A stretch of DNA of 64,000 nucleotides from Eledone cirrhosa (Eukaryota), in NCBI GenBank assembly GCA_964016885.1, contig OZ024747.1, forward strand, positions 72,540,001 through 72,604,000, written 5' to 3'. Both the position numbers and the translations under genes were made by a program. Of this stretch, positions 15,301 through 29,700 are shown piece after piece; the stretch's first letter is position 1, and every line of letters starts with the position of its first letter. A model generated the notes under the pieces. That model searched no databases and was not told the DNA's origin. It saw only the letters and a program-made list of their open reading frames with translations.

Positions 15301-18300
15301 TAGAGACATTCAAAAGAGACGACAATGTAGAGACACATTCAAAAGAGACGACAATGTAGAGACATTCAAAAGAGACGACAATATAGAGACACATTCAAAA
15401 GAGACGACAATGTAGAGACATTCAAAAGAGACGACAATGTAGAGACATTCAAAAGAGACGACAATGTAGAGACATTCAAAAGAGACGACAATGTAGAGAC
15501 ACATTCAAAAGAGACGACAATGTAGAGACATTCAAAAGAGACGACAATGTAGAGACATTCAAAAGAGACGACAATGTAGAGACATTCAAAAGAGACGACA
15601 ATGTAGAAACATTCAAAAGAGACGACAATGTAGAGACACATTCAAAAGAGACGACAATATAGAGACATTCAAAAGAGACGACGATGTAGAGACACATTCA
15701 AAAGAGACGACAATGTAGAGACATTCAAAAGAGACGACAATGTAGAGACATTCAAAAGAGACGACAATGTAGAGACACATTCAAAAGAGACGACAATGTA
15801 GAGACGTTCAATAGAGACGACAATATAGAGACACATTCAAAAGAGACGACAATGTAGAGACATTCAAAAGAGACGACAATATAGAGACACATTCAAAAGA
15901 GACGACAATGTAGAGACATTCAAAAGAGACGACAATGTAGAGACATTCAAAAGAGACGACAATGTAGAAACACATTCAAAAGAGACGACAATGTAGAGAC
16001 ACATTCAAAAGAGACGACAATGTAGAGACATTCAAAAGAGACGACAATGTAGAGACACATTCAAAAGAGACGACAATGTAGAGACATTCAAAAGAGACGA
16101 CAATGTAGAGACACATTCAAAAGAGACGACAATGTAGAGACATTCAAAAGAGACGACAATATAGAGACACATTCAAAAGAGACGACAATGTAGAGACATT
16201 CAAAAGAGACGACAATGTAGAGACATTCAAAAGAGACGACAATGTAGAAACACATTCAAAAGAGACGACAATGTAGAGACATTCAAAAGAGACGACAATT
16301 TAGAAACATTCAAAAGAGACGACAATGTAGAGACACATTCAAAAGAGACGACAATGTAGAAACATTCAAAAGAGACGACAACGTAGAGACATTCAAAAGA
16401 GACGACAATGTAGAGACACATTCAAAAGAGACGACAATGTAGAGACATTCAAAAGAGACGACAATATAGAGACACATTCAAAAGAGACGACAATGTAGAG
16501 ACATTCAAAAGAGACGACAATATAGAGACACATTCAAAAGAGACGACAATGTAGAGACATTCAAAAGAGACGACAATGTAGAGACACTCAAAAGAGACGA
16601 CAATGTAGAAACACATTCAAAAGAGAGGACAATGTAGAGACACATTCAAAAGAGACGACAATGTAGAGACATTCAAAAGAGACGACAATGTAGAGACATT
16701 CAAAAGAGACGACAATGTAGAGACATTCAAAAGAGACGACAATGTAGAAACATTCCAAAGAGACGACAATGTAGAGACACATTCAAAAGAGACGGCAATA
16801 TAGAGACATTCAAAAGAGACGACGATGTAGAGACACATTCAAAAGAGACGACAATGTAGAGACATTCAAAAGAGACGACAATGTAGAGACATTCAAAAGA
16901 GACGACAATGTAGAGACATTCAAAAGAGACGACAATGTGGAGACACATTCAAAAGAGACGACAATTTAGCGACATTCAAAAGAGACGACAATGTAGAGAC
17001 ACATTCAAAAGAGACGACAATGTAGAGACATTCAAAAGAGACGACAATATAGAGACACATTCAAAAGAGACGACAATATAGAGACATTCAAAAGAGACGA
17101 CAATGTAGAGACACATTCAAAAGAGACGACAATATAGAGACATTCAAAAGAGACGACAATATAGAGACATTCGAAAGAGACGACAATGTAGAGACACATT
17201 CAAAAGAGACGACAATATAGAGACATTCAAAAGAGACGACAATATAGAGACATTCAAAAGAGACGACAATGTAGAGACACATTCAAAAGAGACGACGATG
17301 TAGAGACATTCAAAAGAGACGACAATGTAGAGACACATTCAAAAGAGACGACAATGTAGAGACACATTGAAAAGAGACGACAATGTAGAAACATTCAAAA
17401 GAGACGACAATGTAGAGACACATTCAAAAGAGACGACAATATAGAGACGTTCAAAAGAGACGACAATATAGAGACATTCAAAAGAGACGACAATGTAGAG
17501 ACATTCAAAAGAGACGACAATGTAGAAACACATTCAAAAGAGAAGACAATGTAGAGACATTCAAAAGAGACGACAATGTAGAGACACATTCAAAAGAGAC
17601 GACAATGTAGAGACATTCAAAAGAGACGACAATATAGAGACACATTCAAAAGAGACGACAATGTAGAGACATTCAAAAGAGACGACAATGTAGAGACATT
17701 CAAAAGAGACGACAATGTAGAGACATTCAAAAGAGACGACAATGTAGAGACACATTCAAAAGAGACGACAATGTAGAGACATTCAAAAGAGACGACAATG
17801 TAGAGACATTCAAAAGAGACGACAATGTAGAGACATTCAAAAGAGACGACAATGTAGAAACATTCAAAAGAGACGACAATGTAGAGACACATTCAAAAGA
17901 GACGACAATGTAGAGACATTCAAAAGAGACGACAATATAGAGACACATTCAAAAGAGACGACAATGTAGAGACATTCAAAAGAGACGACAATGTAGAGAC
18001 ATTCAAAAGAGACGACAATGTAGAGACATTCAAAAGAGACGACAATGTAGAGACACATTCAAAAGAGACGACAATGTAGAGACATTCAAAAGAGACGACA
18101 ATGTAGAGACATTCAAAAGAGACGACGATGTAGAGACACATTCAAAAGAGACGACAATGTAGAGACATTCAAAAGAGACGACAATGTAGAGACATTCAAA
18201 AGAGACGACAATGTAGAGACACATTCAAAAGAGACGACAATGTAGAGACGTTCAATAGAGACGACAATATAGAGACACATTCAAAAGAGACGACAATGTA

Positions 18301-19980
18301 GAGACATTCAAAAGAGACGACAATATAGAGACACATTCAAAAGAGACGACAATGTAGAGACATTCAAAAGAGACGACAATGTAGAGACATTCAAAAGAGA
18401 CGACAATGTAGAAACACATTCAAAAGAGACGACAATGTAGAGACACATTCAAAAGAGACGACAATGTAGAGACATTCAAAAGAGACGACAATGTAGAGAC
18501 ACATTCAAAAGAGACGACAATGTAGAGACATTCAAAAGAGACGACAATGTAGAGACACATTCAAAAGAGACGACAATGTAGAGACACATTCAAAAGAGAC
18601 GACAATATAGAGACATTCAAAAGAGACGACAATATAGAGACATTCGAAAGAGACGACAATGTAGAGACACATTCAAAAGAGACGACAATATAGAGACATT
18701 CAAAAGAGACGACAATATAGAGACATTCAAAAGAGACGACAATGTAGAGACACATTCAAAAGAGACGACGATGTAGAGACATTCAAAAGAGACGACAAAG
18801 TAGAGACACATTCAAAAGAGACGACAATGTAGAGACACATTAAAAAGAGACGACAATGTAGAAACATTCAAAAGAGACGACAATGTAGAGACACATTCAA
18901 AAGAGACGACAATATAGAGACGTTCAAAAGAGACGACAATATAGAGACATTCAAAAGAGACGACAATGTAGAGACATTCAAAAGAGACGACAATGTAGAA
19001 ACACATTCAAAAGAGAAGACAATGTAGAGACATTCAAAAGAGACGACAATGTAGAGACACATTCAAAAGAGACGACAATGTAGAGACATTCAAAAGAGAC
19101 GACAATATAGAGACACATTCAAAAGAGACGACAATGTAGAGACATTCAAAAGAGACGACAATGTAGAGACATTCAAAAGAGACGACAATGTAGAGACATT
19201 CAAAAGAGACGACAATGTAGAGACACATTCAAAAGAGACGACAATGTAGAGACATTCAAAAGAGACGACAATGTAGAGACATTCAAAAGAGACGACAATG
19301 TAGAGACATTCAAAAGAGACGACAATGTAGAAACATTCAAAAGAGACGACAATGTAGAGACACATTCAAAAGAGACGACAATATAGAGACATTCAAAAGA
19401 GACGACGATGTAGAGACACATTCAAAAGAGACGACAATGTAGAGACATTCAAAAGAGACGACAATGTAGAGACATTCAAAAGAGACGACAATGTAGAGAC
19501 ACATTCAAAAGAGACGACAATGTAGAGACGTTCAATAGAGACGACAATATAGAGACACATTCAAAAGAGACGACAATGTAGAGACATTCAAAAGAGACGA
19601 CAATATAGAGACACATTCAAAAGAGACGACAATGTAGAGACATTCAAAAGAGACGACAATGTAGAGACATTCAAAAGAGACGACAATGTAGAAACACATT
19701 CAAAAGAGACGACAATGTAGAGACACATTCAAAAGAGACGACAATGTAGAGACATTCAAAAGAGACGACAATGTAGAGACACATTCAAAAGAGACGACAA
19801 TGTAGAGACATTCAAAAGAGACGACAATGTAGAGACACATTCAAAAGAGACGACAATGTAGAGACATTCAAAAGAGACGACAATATAGAGACACATTCAA
19901 AAGAGACGACAATGTAGAGACATTCAAAAGAGACGACAATGTAGAGACATTCAAAAGAGACGACAATGTAGAAACACATT
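12390..19980. repeat. Near-perfect tandem duplication, unit 3724 bp
   Basis: GACGGCAAT at 13071/16795, ATGTGGAGA at 13215/16939 and ACAAAGTAG at 15075/18799 are all +3724. Every ORF-track entry from 12503 to 15476 recurs identically at +3724. Boundaries are approximate. Confidence 0.92.
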
Positions 19981-21199
19981 CAAAAGAGACGACAATGTAG
20001 AGACATTCAAAAGAGACGACAATGTAGAGACATTCAAAAGAGACGACAATGTAGAGACATTCAAAAGAGACGACAATTTAGAAACATTCAAAAGAGACGA
20101 CAATGTAGAGACACATTCAAAAGAGACGACAATATAGAGACATTCAAAAGAGACGACGATGTAGAGACACATTCAAAAGAGACGACAATGTAGAGACATT
20201 CAAAAGAGACGACAATGTAGAGACATTCAAAAGAGACGACAATGTAGAGACATTCAAAAGAGACGACAATGTAGAAACATTCCAAAGAGACGACAATGTA
20301 GAGACACATTCAAAAGAGACGACACTATAGAGACATTCAAAAGAGACGACGATGTAGAGACACATTCAAAAGAGACGACAATGTAGAGACATTCAAAAGA
20401 GACGACAATGTAGAGACATTCAAAAGAGACGACAATGTAGAGACATTCAAAAGAGACGACAATGTAGAGACACATTCAAAAGAGACGACAATGTAGCGAC
20501 ATTCAAAAGAGACGACAATGTAGAGACACATTCAAAAGAGACGACAATGTAGAGACATTCAAAAGAGACGACAATATAGAGACACATTCAAAAGAGACGA
20601 CAATATAGAGACATTCAAAAGAGACGACAATGTAGAGACAAATTCAAAACAGACGACAATATAGAGACATTCAAAAGAGACGACAATATAGAGACATTCG
20701 AAAGAGACGACAATGTAGAGACACATTCAAAAGAGACGACAATATAGAGACATTCAAAAGAGACGACAATATAGAGACATTCAAAAGAGACGACAATGTA
20801 GAGACACATTCAAAAGAGACGACGATGTAGAGACATTTAAAAGAGACGACAATGTAGAGACACATTCAAAAGAGACGACAATGTAGAGACACATTGTAAA
20901 GAGACGACAATGTAGAAACATTCAAAAGAGACGACAATGTAGAGACACATTCAAAAGAGACGACAATATAGAGACGTTCAAAAGAGACGACAATATAGAG
21001 ACATTCAAAAGAGACGACAATGTAGAGACATTCAAAAGAGACGACAATGTAGAAACACATTCAAAAGAGAAGACAATGTAGAGACATTCAAAAGAGACGA
21101 CAATGTAGAGACACATTCAAAAGAGACGACAATGTAGAGACATTCAAAAGAGACGACAATATAGAGACACATTCAAAAGAGACGACAATGTAGAGACAT

Positions 21200-24100
21200 T
21201 CAAAAGAGACGACAATGTAGAGACATTCAAAAGAGACGACAATGTAGAGACATTCAAAAGAGACGACAATGTAGAAACACATTCAAAAGAGACGACAATG
21301 TAGAGACACATTCAAAAGAGACGACAATGTAGAGACATTCAAAAGAGACGACAATGTAGAGACATTCAAAAGAGACGACAATGTAGAGACATTCAAAAGA
21401 GACGACAATGTAGAAACATTCAAAAGAGACGACAATGTAGAGACACATTCAAAAGAGACGACAATATAGAGACATTCAAAAGAGACGACGATGTAGAGAC
21501 ACATTCAAAAGAGACGACAATGTAGAGACATTCAAAAGAGACGACAATGTAGAGACATTCAAAAGAGACGACAATGTAGAGACACATTCAAAAGAGACGA
21601 AAATGTAGAGACGTTCAATAGAGACGACAATATAGAGACACATTCAAAAGAGACGACAATGTAGAGACATTCAAAAGAGACGACAATATAGAGACACATT
21701 CAAAAGAGACGACAATGTAGAGACATTCAAAAGAGACGACAATGTAGAGACATTCAAAAGAGACGACAATGTAGAAACACATTCAAAAGAGACGACAATG
21801 TAGAGACACATTCAAAAGAGACGACAATGTAGAGACATTCAAAAGAGAGGACAATGTAGAGACATTCAAAAGAGACGACAATGTAGAGACATTCAAAAGA
21901 GACGACAATGTAGAAACATTCAAAAGAGACGACAATGTAGAGACACATTCAAAAGAGACGACAATATAGAGACATTCAAAAGAGACGACGATGTAAAGAC
22001 ACATTCAAAAGAGACGACAATGTAGAGACATTCAAAAGAGACGACAATGTAGAGACATTCAAAAGAGACGACAATGTAGAGACACATTCAAAAGAGACGA
22101 CAATGTAGAGACATTCAAAAGAGACGACAATGTAGGGACACATTCAAAAGAGACGACAATGTAGAGACATTCAAAAGAGACGACAAAGTAGAGACATTCA
22201 AAAGAGACGACAATATAGAGACAGATTCAATAGAGACGACAATGTAGAGACATTCAAAAGAGACGACAATGTAGAGACACATTCAATAGAGACGACAATA
22301 TAGAGACATTCAAAAGAGACGACAATATAGAGACATTCAAAAGAGACGACAATGTAGAAACACATTCAAAAGAGACGACGATGTAGAGACATTCAAAAGA
22401 GACGACAATGTAGAGACACGTTCAAAAGAGACGACAATGTAGAGACACATTCAAAAGAGACGACAATGTAGAAACATTCAAAAGAGACGACAATGTAGAG
22501 ACACATTCAAAAGAGACGACAATATAGAGACATTCAAAAGAGACGACAATATAGAGACATTCAAAAGAGACGACAATGTAGAAACACATTCAAAAGAGAC
22601 GACAATGTAGAGACATTCAAAAGAGACGACAATGTAGAGACACATTCAAAAGAGACGACAATGTACAGACACATTCAAAAGAGATGACAATGTTGAGACA
22701 CATTCAAAAGAGACGACAATGTAGAGACATTCAAAAGAGACGACAATGTAGAGACACATTCAAAAGAGACGACAATGTAGAGACACATTGAAAAGAGACG
22801 ACAATGTAGAAACATTCAAAAGAGACGACAATGTAGAGACACATTCAAAAGAGACGACAATATAGAGACGTTCAAAAGAGACGACAATATAGAGACATTC
22901 AAAAGAGACGACAATGTAGAGACATTCAAAAGAGACGACAATGTAGAGACACATTGAAAAGAGACGACAATGTAGAGACATTCAAAAGAGACGACAATGT
23001 AGAGACATTCAAAAGAGACGACAATGTAGAAACACATTCAAAAGAGACGACAATGTAGAGACACATTCAAAAGAGACGACAATGTAGAGACATTCAAAAG
23101 AGACGACAATGTAGAGACATTCAAAAGAGACGACAATGTAGAGACATTCAAAAGAGACGACAATGTAGAAACATTCAAAAGAGACGACAATGTAGAGACA
23201 CATTCAAAAGAGACGACAATATAGAGACATTCAAAAGAGACGACGATGTAGAGACACATTCAAAAGAGACGACAATGTAGAGACATTCAAAAGAGACGAC
23301 AATGTAGAGACATTCAAAAGAGACGACAATGTAGAGACACATTCAAAAGAGACGACAATGTAGAGACGTTCAATAGAGACGACAATATAGAGACACATTC
23401 AAAAGAGACGACAATGTAGAGACATTCAAAAGAGACGACAATATAGAGACACATTCAAAAGAGACGACAATGTAGAGACATTCAAAAGAGACGACAATGT
23501 AGAGACATTCAAAAGAGACGACAATGTAGAAACACATTCAAAAGAGACGACAATGTAGAGACACATTCAAAAGAGACGACAATGTAGAGACATTCAAAAG
23601 AGACGACAATGTAGAGACATTCAAAAGAGACGACAATGTAGAGACATTCAAAAGAGACGACAATGTAGAAACATTCAAAAGAGACGACAATGTAGAGACA
23701 CATTCAAAAGAGACGACAATATAGAGACATTCAAAAGAGACGACGATGTAAAGACACATTCAAAAGAGACGACAATGTAGAGACATTCAAAAGAGACGAC
23801 AATGTAGAGACATTCAAAAGAGACGACAATGTAGAGACACATTCAAAAGAGACGACAATGTAGAGACATTCAAAAGAGACGACAATGTAGAGACACATTC
23901 AAAAGAGACGACAATATAGAGACAGATTCAATAGAGACGACAATGTAGAGACATTCAAAAGAGACGACAATGTAGAGACACATTCAAAAGAGACGACAAT
24001 ATAGAGACATTCAAAAGAGACGACAATATAGAGACATTCAAAAGAGACGACAATGTAGAGACACATTCAAAAGAGACGACGATGTAGAGACATTCAAAAG

Positions 24101-24620
24101 AGACGACAATGTAGAGACACGTTCAAAAGAGACGACAATGTAGAGACACATTCAAAAGAGACGACAATGTAGAAACATTCAAAAGAGACGACAATGTAGA
24201 GACACATTCAAAAGAGACGACAATATAGAGACATTCAAAAGAGACGACAATATAGAGACATTCAAAAGAGACGACAATGTAGAAACACATTCAAAAGAAA
24301 CGACAATGTAGAGACATTCAAAAGAGACGACAATGTAGAGACACATTCAAAAGAGACGACAATGTACAGACACATTCAAAAGAGATGACAATGTTGAGAC
24401 ACATTCAAAAGAGACGACAATGTAGAGACATTCAAAAGAGACGACAATGTAGAGACACATTCAAAAGAGACGACAATGTAGAGACACATTGAAAAGAGAC
24501 GACAATGTAGAAACATTCAAAAGAGACGACAATGTAGAGACACATTCAAAAGAGACGACAATATAGAGACGTTCAAAAGAGACGACAATATAGAGACATT
24601 CAAAAGAGACGACAATGTAG
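21200..24620. repeat. Tandem duplication, unit about 1755/1701 bp
   Basis: ATGTAAAGAC at 21991/23746 (+1755). ACAGATTCAATAG at 22221/23922 and ATGTACAGAC...GATGACAATGTTGAG near 22665/24366 (+1701, net loss of two 27-mers). Confidence 0.8.
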
Positions 24621-26069
24621 AGACATTCAAAAGTGACGACAATGTAGAAACACATTCAAAAGAGAAGACAATGTAGAGACATTCAAAAGAGACGACAATG
24701 TAGAGACACATTCAAAAGAGACGACAATGTAGAGACATTCAAAAGAGACGACAATATAGAGACACATTCAAAAGAGACGACAATGTAGAGACATTCAAAA
24801 GAGACGACAATGTAGAGACATTCAAAAGAGACGACAATGTAGAGACATTCAAAAGAGACGACAATGTAGAAACACATTCAAAAGAGACGACAATGTAGAG
24901 ACACATTCAAAAGAGACGACAATGTAGAGACATTCAAAAGAGACGACAATGTAGAGACATTCAAAAGAGACGACAATGTAGAGACATTCAAAAGAGACGA
25001 CAATGTAGAAACATTCAAAAGAGACGACAATGTAGAGACACATTCAAAAGAGACGACAATATAGAGACATTCAAAAGAGACGACGATGTAGAGACACATT
25101 CAAAAGAGACGACAATGTAGAGACATTCAAAAGAGACGACAATGTAGAGACATTCAAAAGAGACGACAATGTAGAGACACATTCAAAAGAGACGACAATG
25201 TAGAGACGTTCAATAGAGACGACAATATAGAGACACATTCAAAAGAGACGACAATGTAGAGACATTCAAAAGAGACGACAATATAGAGACACATTCAAAA
25301 GAGACGACAATGTAGAGACATTCAAAAGAGACGACAATGTAGAGACATTCAAAAGAGACGACAATGTAGAAACACATTCAAAAGAGACGACAATGTAGAG
25401 ACACATTCAAAAGATACGACGATGTAGAGACACATTCAAAAGAGACGACAATGTAGAGACATTCAAAAGAGACGACAATGTAGAGACATTCAAAAGAGAC
25501 GACAATGTAGAGACACATTCAAAAGAGACGACAATGTAGAGACGTTCAATAGAGACGACAATATAGAGACACATTCAAAAGAGACGACAATGTAGAGACA
25601 TTCAAAAGAGACGACAATATAGAGACACATTCAAAAGAGACGACAATGTAGAGACATTCAAAAGAGACGACAATGTAGAGACATTCAAAAGAGACGACAA
25701 TGTAGAAACACATTCAAAAGAGACGACAATGTAGAGACACTTTCAAAAGAGACGACAATGTAGAGACATTCAAAAGAGACGACAATGTAGAGACATTCAA
25801 AAGAGACGACAATGTAGAGACATTCAAAAGAGACGACAATGTAGAAACATTCAAAAGAGACGACAATGTAGAGACACATTCAAAAGAGACGACAATATAG
25901 AGACATTCAAAAGAGACGACGATGTAAAGACACATACAAAAGAGACGACAATGTAGAGACATTCAAAAGAGACGACAATGTAGAGACATTCAAAAGAGAC
26001 GACAATGTAGGGACACATTCAAAAGAGACGACAATGTAGAGACATTCAAAAGAGACGACAATGTAGAGA

Positions 26070-29000
26070 CACATTCAAAAGAGACGACAATGTAGAGACA
26101 CGTTCAAAAGAGACGACAATATAGAGACATTCAAAAGAGACGACAATGTAGAGACACATTCAAAAGAGACGACAATGTAGAGACATTCAAAAGAGACGAC
26201 AATGTAGAGACACATTCAAAAGAGACGACAATGTAGAGACATTCAAAAGAGACGTCAATGTAGAAACACATTCAAAAGAGACGACAATGTAGAGACACAT
26301 TCAAAAGAGACGACAATGTAGAGACACATTCAAAAGAGACGACAATATAGAGACATTCAAAAGAGACGACAATGTAGAGACACATTCAAAAGAGACGACA
26401 ATGTAGAGACATTCAAAAGAGACGACAATGTAGAGACATTCAAAGGAGACGACAATGTAGAGACATTCAAAAGAGACGACAATGTAGAGACATTCAAAAG
26501 TGACGACAATATAGAGACACATTCAAAAGAGACGACAATGTAGAGACATTCAAAAGAGACGACAATGTAGAGACACATTAAAAATAGACGACAATGTAGA
26601 GACATTCAAAAGAGACGACAATGTAGAAACATTCAAAAGAGACGACAATGTAGAGACACATTCAAAAGAGACGACAATATAGAGACATTCAAAAGAGACG
26701 ACAATATAGAGACACATTAAAAAGAGACGACAATGTAGAGACATTCAAAAGAGACGACAATGTAGAGACACATTCAAAAGAGACGACAATGTAGAGACAT
26801 TCAAAAGAGACGACAATGTAGAGACATTCAAAAGAGACGACAATGTAGAGACACATTCAAAAGAGACGACAATGTAGAGACATTCTAAAGAGACGACAAT
26901 GTAGAGACATTCAAAAGAGACGACAATGTAGAGACACATTCAAAAGAGAAGACAATGTAGAGACATTCAAAAGAGACGACAATGTAGAGACACATTCAAA
27001 AGAGACGACAATGTAGAGACATTCAAAAGAGACGACAATATAGAGACACATTCAAAAGAGACGACAATGTAGAGACATTCAAAAGAGACGACAATGTAGA
27101 GACATTCAAAAGAGACGACAATGTAGAAACACATTCAAAAGAGACGACAATGTAGAGACACATTCAAAAGAGACGACAATGTAGAGACATTCAAAAGAGA
27201 CGACAATGTAGAGACATTCAAAAGAGACGACAATGTAGAGACATTCAAAAGAGACGACAATTTAGAAACATTCAAAAGAGACGACAATGTAGAGACACAT
27301 TCAAAAGAGACGACAATATAGAGACATTCAAAAGAGACGACGATGTAGCGACACATTCAAAAGAGACGACAATGTAGAGACATTCAAAAGAGACGACAAC
27401 GTAGAGACATTCAAAAGAGACGACAATGTAGAGACACATTCAAAAGAGACGACAATGTAGAGACATTCAAAAGAGACGACAATATAGAGACACATTAAAA
27501 AGAGACGACAATGTAGAGACATTCAAAAGAGACGACAATATAGAGACACATTCAAAAGAGACGACAATGTAGAGACATTCAAAAGAGACGACAATGTAGA
27601 GACACTCAAAAGAGACGACAATGTAGAAACACATTCAAAAGAGAGGACAATGTAGAGACACATTCAAAAGAGACGACAATGTAGAGACATTCAAAAGAGA
27701 CGACAATGTAGAGACATTCAAAAGAGACGGCAATGTAGAGACATTCAAAAGAGACGACAATGTAGAGACACATTCAAAAGAGACGAAAATATAGAGACAT
27801 TCAAAAGAGACGACGATGTAGAGACACATTCAAAAGAGACGACAATGTAGAGACACGTTCAAAAGAGACGACAATATAGAGACATTCAAAAGAGACGACA
27901 ATGTAGAGACACATTCAAAAGAGACGACAATGTAGAGACATTCAAAAGAGACGACAATGTAGAGACACATTCAAAAGAGACGACAATGTAGAGACATTCA
28001 AAAGAGACGTCAATGTAGAAACACATTCAAAAGAGACGACAATGTAGAGACACATTCAAAAGAGACGACAATGTAGAGACACATTCAAAAGAGACGACAA
28101 TATAGAGACATTCAAAAGAGACGACAATGTAGAGACACATTCAAAAGAGACGACAATGTAGAGACATTCAAAAGAGACGACAATGTAGAGACATTCAAAG
28201 GAGACGACAATGTAGAGACATTCAAAAGAGACGACAATGTAGAGACATTCAAAAGAGACGACAATATAGAGACACATTCAAAAGAGACGACAATGTAGAG
28301 ACATTCAAAAGAGACGACAATGTAGAGACACATTAAAAATAGACGACAATGTAGAGACATTCAAAAGAGACGACAATGTAGAAACATTCAAAAGAGACGA
28401 CAATGTAGAGACACATTCAAAAGAGACGACAATATAGAGACATTCAAAAGAGACGACAATATAGAGACACATTAAAAAGAGACGACAATGTAGAGACATT
28501 CAAAAGAGACGACAATGTAGAGACACATTCAAAAGAGACGACAATGTAGAGACATTCAAAAGAGACGACAATGTAGAGACATTCAAAAGAGACGACAATG
28601 TAGAGACACATTCAAAAGAGACGACAATGTAGAGACATTCTAAAGAGACGACAATGTAGAGACATTCAAAAGAGACGACAATGTAGAGACACATTCAAAA
28701 GAGAAGACAATGTAGAGACATTCAAAAGAGACGACAATGTAGAGACACATTCAAAAGAGACGACAATGTAGAGACATTCAAAAGAGACGACAATATAGAG
28801 ACACATTCAAAAGAGACGACAATGTAGAGACATTCAAAAGAGACCACAATGTAGAGACATTCAAAAGAGACGACAATGTAGAAACACATTCAAAAGAGAC
28901 GACAATGTAGAGACACATTCAAAAGAGACGACAATGTAGAGACATTCAAAAGAGACGACAATGTAGAGACATTCAAAAGAGACGACAATGTAGAGACATT

Positions 29001-29700
29001 CAAAAGAGACGACAATTTAGAAACATTCAAAAGAGACGACAATGTAGAGACACATTCAAAAGAGACGACAATATAGAGACATTCAAAAGAGACGACAATG
29101 TAGCGACACATTCAAAAGAGACGACAATGTAGAGACATTCAAAAGAGACGACAACGTAGAGACATTCAAAAGAGACGACAATATAGAGACACATTAAAAA
29201 GAGACGACAATGTAGAGACATTCAAAAGAGACGACAATGTAGAGACACATTCAAAAGAGACGACAATGTAGAGACATTCAAAAGAGACGACAATGTAGAG
29301 ACACATTCAAAAGAGACGACAATGTAGAGACATTCAAAAGAGACGACAATATAGAGACACATTAAAAAGAGACGACAATGTAGAGACATTCAAAAGAGAC
29401 GACAATATAGAGACACATTCAAAAGAGACGACAATGTAGAGACATTCAAAAGAGACGACAATGTAGAGACACTCAAAAGAGACGACAATGTAGAAACACA
29501 TTCAAAAGAGAGGACAATGTAGAGACACATTCAAAAGAGACGACAATGTAGAGACATTCAAAAGAGACGACAATGTAGAGACATTCAAAAGAGACGGCAA
29601 TGTAGAGACATTCAAAAGAGACGACAATGTAGAGACACATTCAAAAGAGACGAAAATATAGAGACATTCAAAAGAGACGACGATGTAGAGACACATTCAA
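26070..29700. repeat. Tandem duplication, unit about 1755/1867 bp
   Basis: GACGTCAATGTAGAAAC at 26251/28006 (+1755). ORF pairs 26301/28056, 26745/28500 and 27135/28890 (+1755). AGACGAAAAT at 27781/29648 (+1867). Confidence 0.82.
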
